The notes under the pieces: model-generated | What the model was told of the DNA's origin: nothing | The model's input: the letters and a program-made list of their open reading frames with translations, nothing else | The model's database searches: none | Translations under genes and position numbers: made by a program | Source: Euglena gracilis | Taxonomy: Eukaryota | Assembly: GCA_039621445.1 (NCBI GenBank) | Contig: CP154954.1 | Location: forward strand, 39,207,816 to 39,271,815 | Reading direction: 5' to 3' | DNA: 64,000 bases | Shown: one piece after another, positions 63,478-64,000 of the stretch | How positions within the stretch are numbered: the first letter of the stretch is position 1 | Layout: the number at the start of each line of letters is the position of its first letter

Positions 63478-63870
63478 AGGGAGGATTATGCTGTTAGGAA
63501 AGTTTGTATGGAGGAAATTGAGAAGGAATTTCGGGTTAAGGCGGAACGGGATTGTTTTGCAACCAGCCAAAATGCCAGGTGTGAAAAGTTTTACGGGGAG
63601 GATGATGATGCCATGAAAAAGGATTGGGGGGCGGAGGAAACGTTGTGGATGAACCCCCCCTGGACTTTGTGGCCTGAGGTGGCTGAAAAATTGCAAAATT
63701 CCAATTGTCGGGCAATTTGTATTTGCCCAGACTGGAATAGGAGGTGGGTGAAAAATCTGGTGGCTATGGCTGTCAAAAAGATTTATTTTCCCAAGGGGAC
63801 AAAGTTGTTTGAGGCTGATGGGAGGATTTTGAGGGGTACCCGTTGGGGGGTGTGGGCCTTGTTGATGGAT
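63478..63870 (+). CDS. Dam-like N6-adenine MTase domain of family B; frame open to the window end and absent from the ORF track
   Basis: Manual translation: REDYAVRK..RDCFATSQNARCEKFY..DAMKKDW..LWMNPPW (NPPW 63652-63663)..ICICPDW..KGTKLFE. Confidence 0.9.
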
Positions 63871-64000
63871 AGAAGGCAACCCTCCCAGGGGGGGGCAGCC
63901 CCAGGGAAGAAAAAATTGGTACGGCTGAAAAAAAGAATGTTGAGGGGGACAAAAACTCGGGGAGGAGCAAAGAAACTCGGGGAGGACAGACAACTGCTGT

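Larger units (their letters stand above)
57938..64000 (+). mobile_element. Retrotransposon family B (Ty3-like by gag similarity), truncated by the window end
   Basis: Non-duplicated sequence begins TGTCGG at 57938 (candidate LTR start, unconfirmed); gag homologous to family A; PR and RT are not in the window. Confidence 0.75.

Overview
Eukaryotic, almost entirely transposon-derived DNA; no host gene, RNA gene or CRISPR array could be supported. The window is dominated by a large imperfect inverted duplication (about 3196-27775 vs 34573-57939, ~6.8 kb spacer). Each arm holds a decayed Ty3/Gypsy chromovirus (family A), fragments of CRE/SLACS-like non-LTR retroposons, and a 2.45-kb mini LTR element. 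A second, diverged and nearly intact element (family B, Gag related to A) starts near 58 kb and runs off the window. The main observation is that these retroelements carry DNA methyltransferases. Family A has an N6-adenine (Dam-like) domain followed by a C5-cytosine MTase domain between gag and protease. Family B has the same two domains in the opposite order. In both, the MTases lie in frame behind the gag stop codon, suggesting readthrough. The mini LTR element (232-bp LTRs, 5-bp TSD, PPT) carries a Dam-like MTase as its only recognisable cargo. The Gags lack a zinc knuckle but appear to have an RRM-like insertion in the capsid region. The host cannot be determined; CRE-like retroposons plus CCCTAA-type arrays would fit a protist such as a euglenozoan (weak inference). 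All domain calls are by motif recognition by eye, and boundaries of decayed fragments are approximate.
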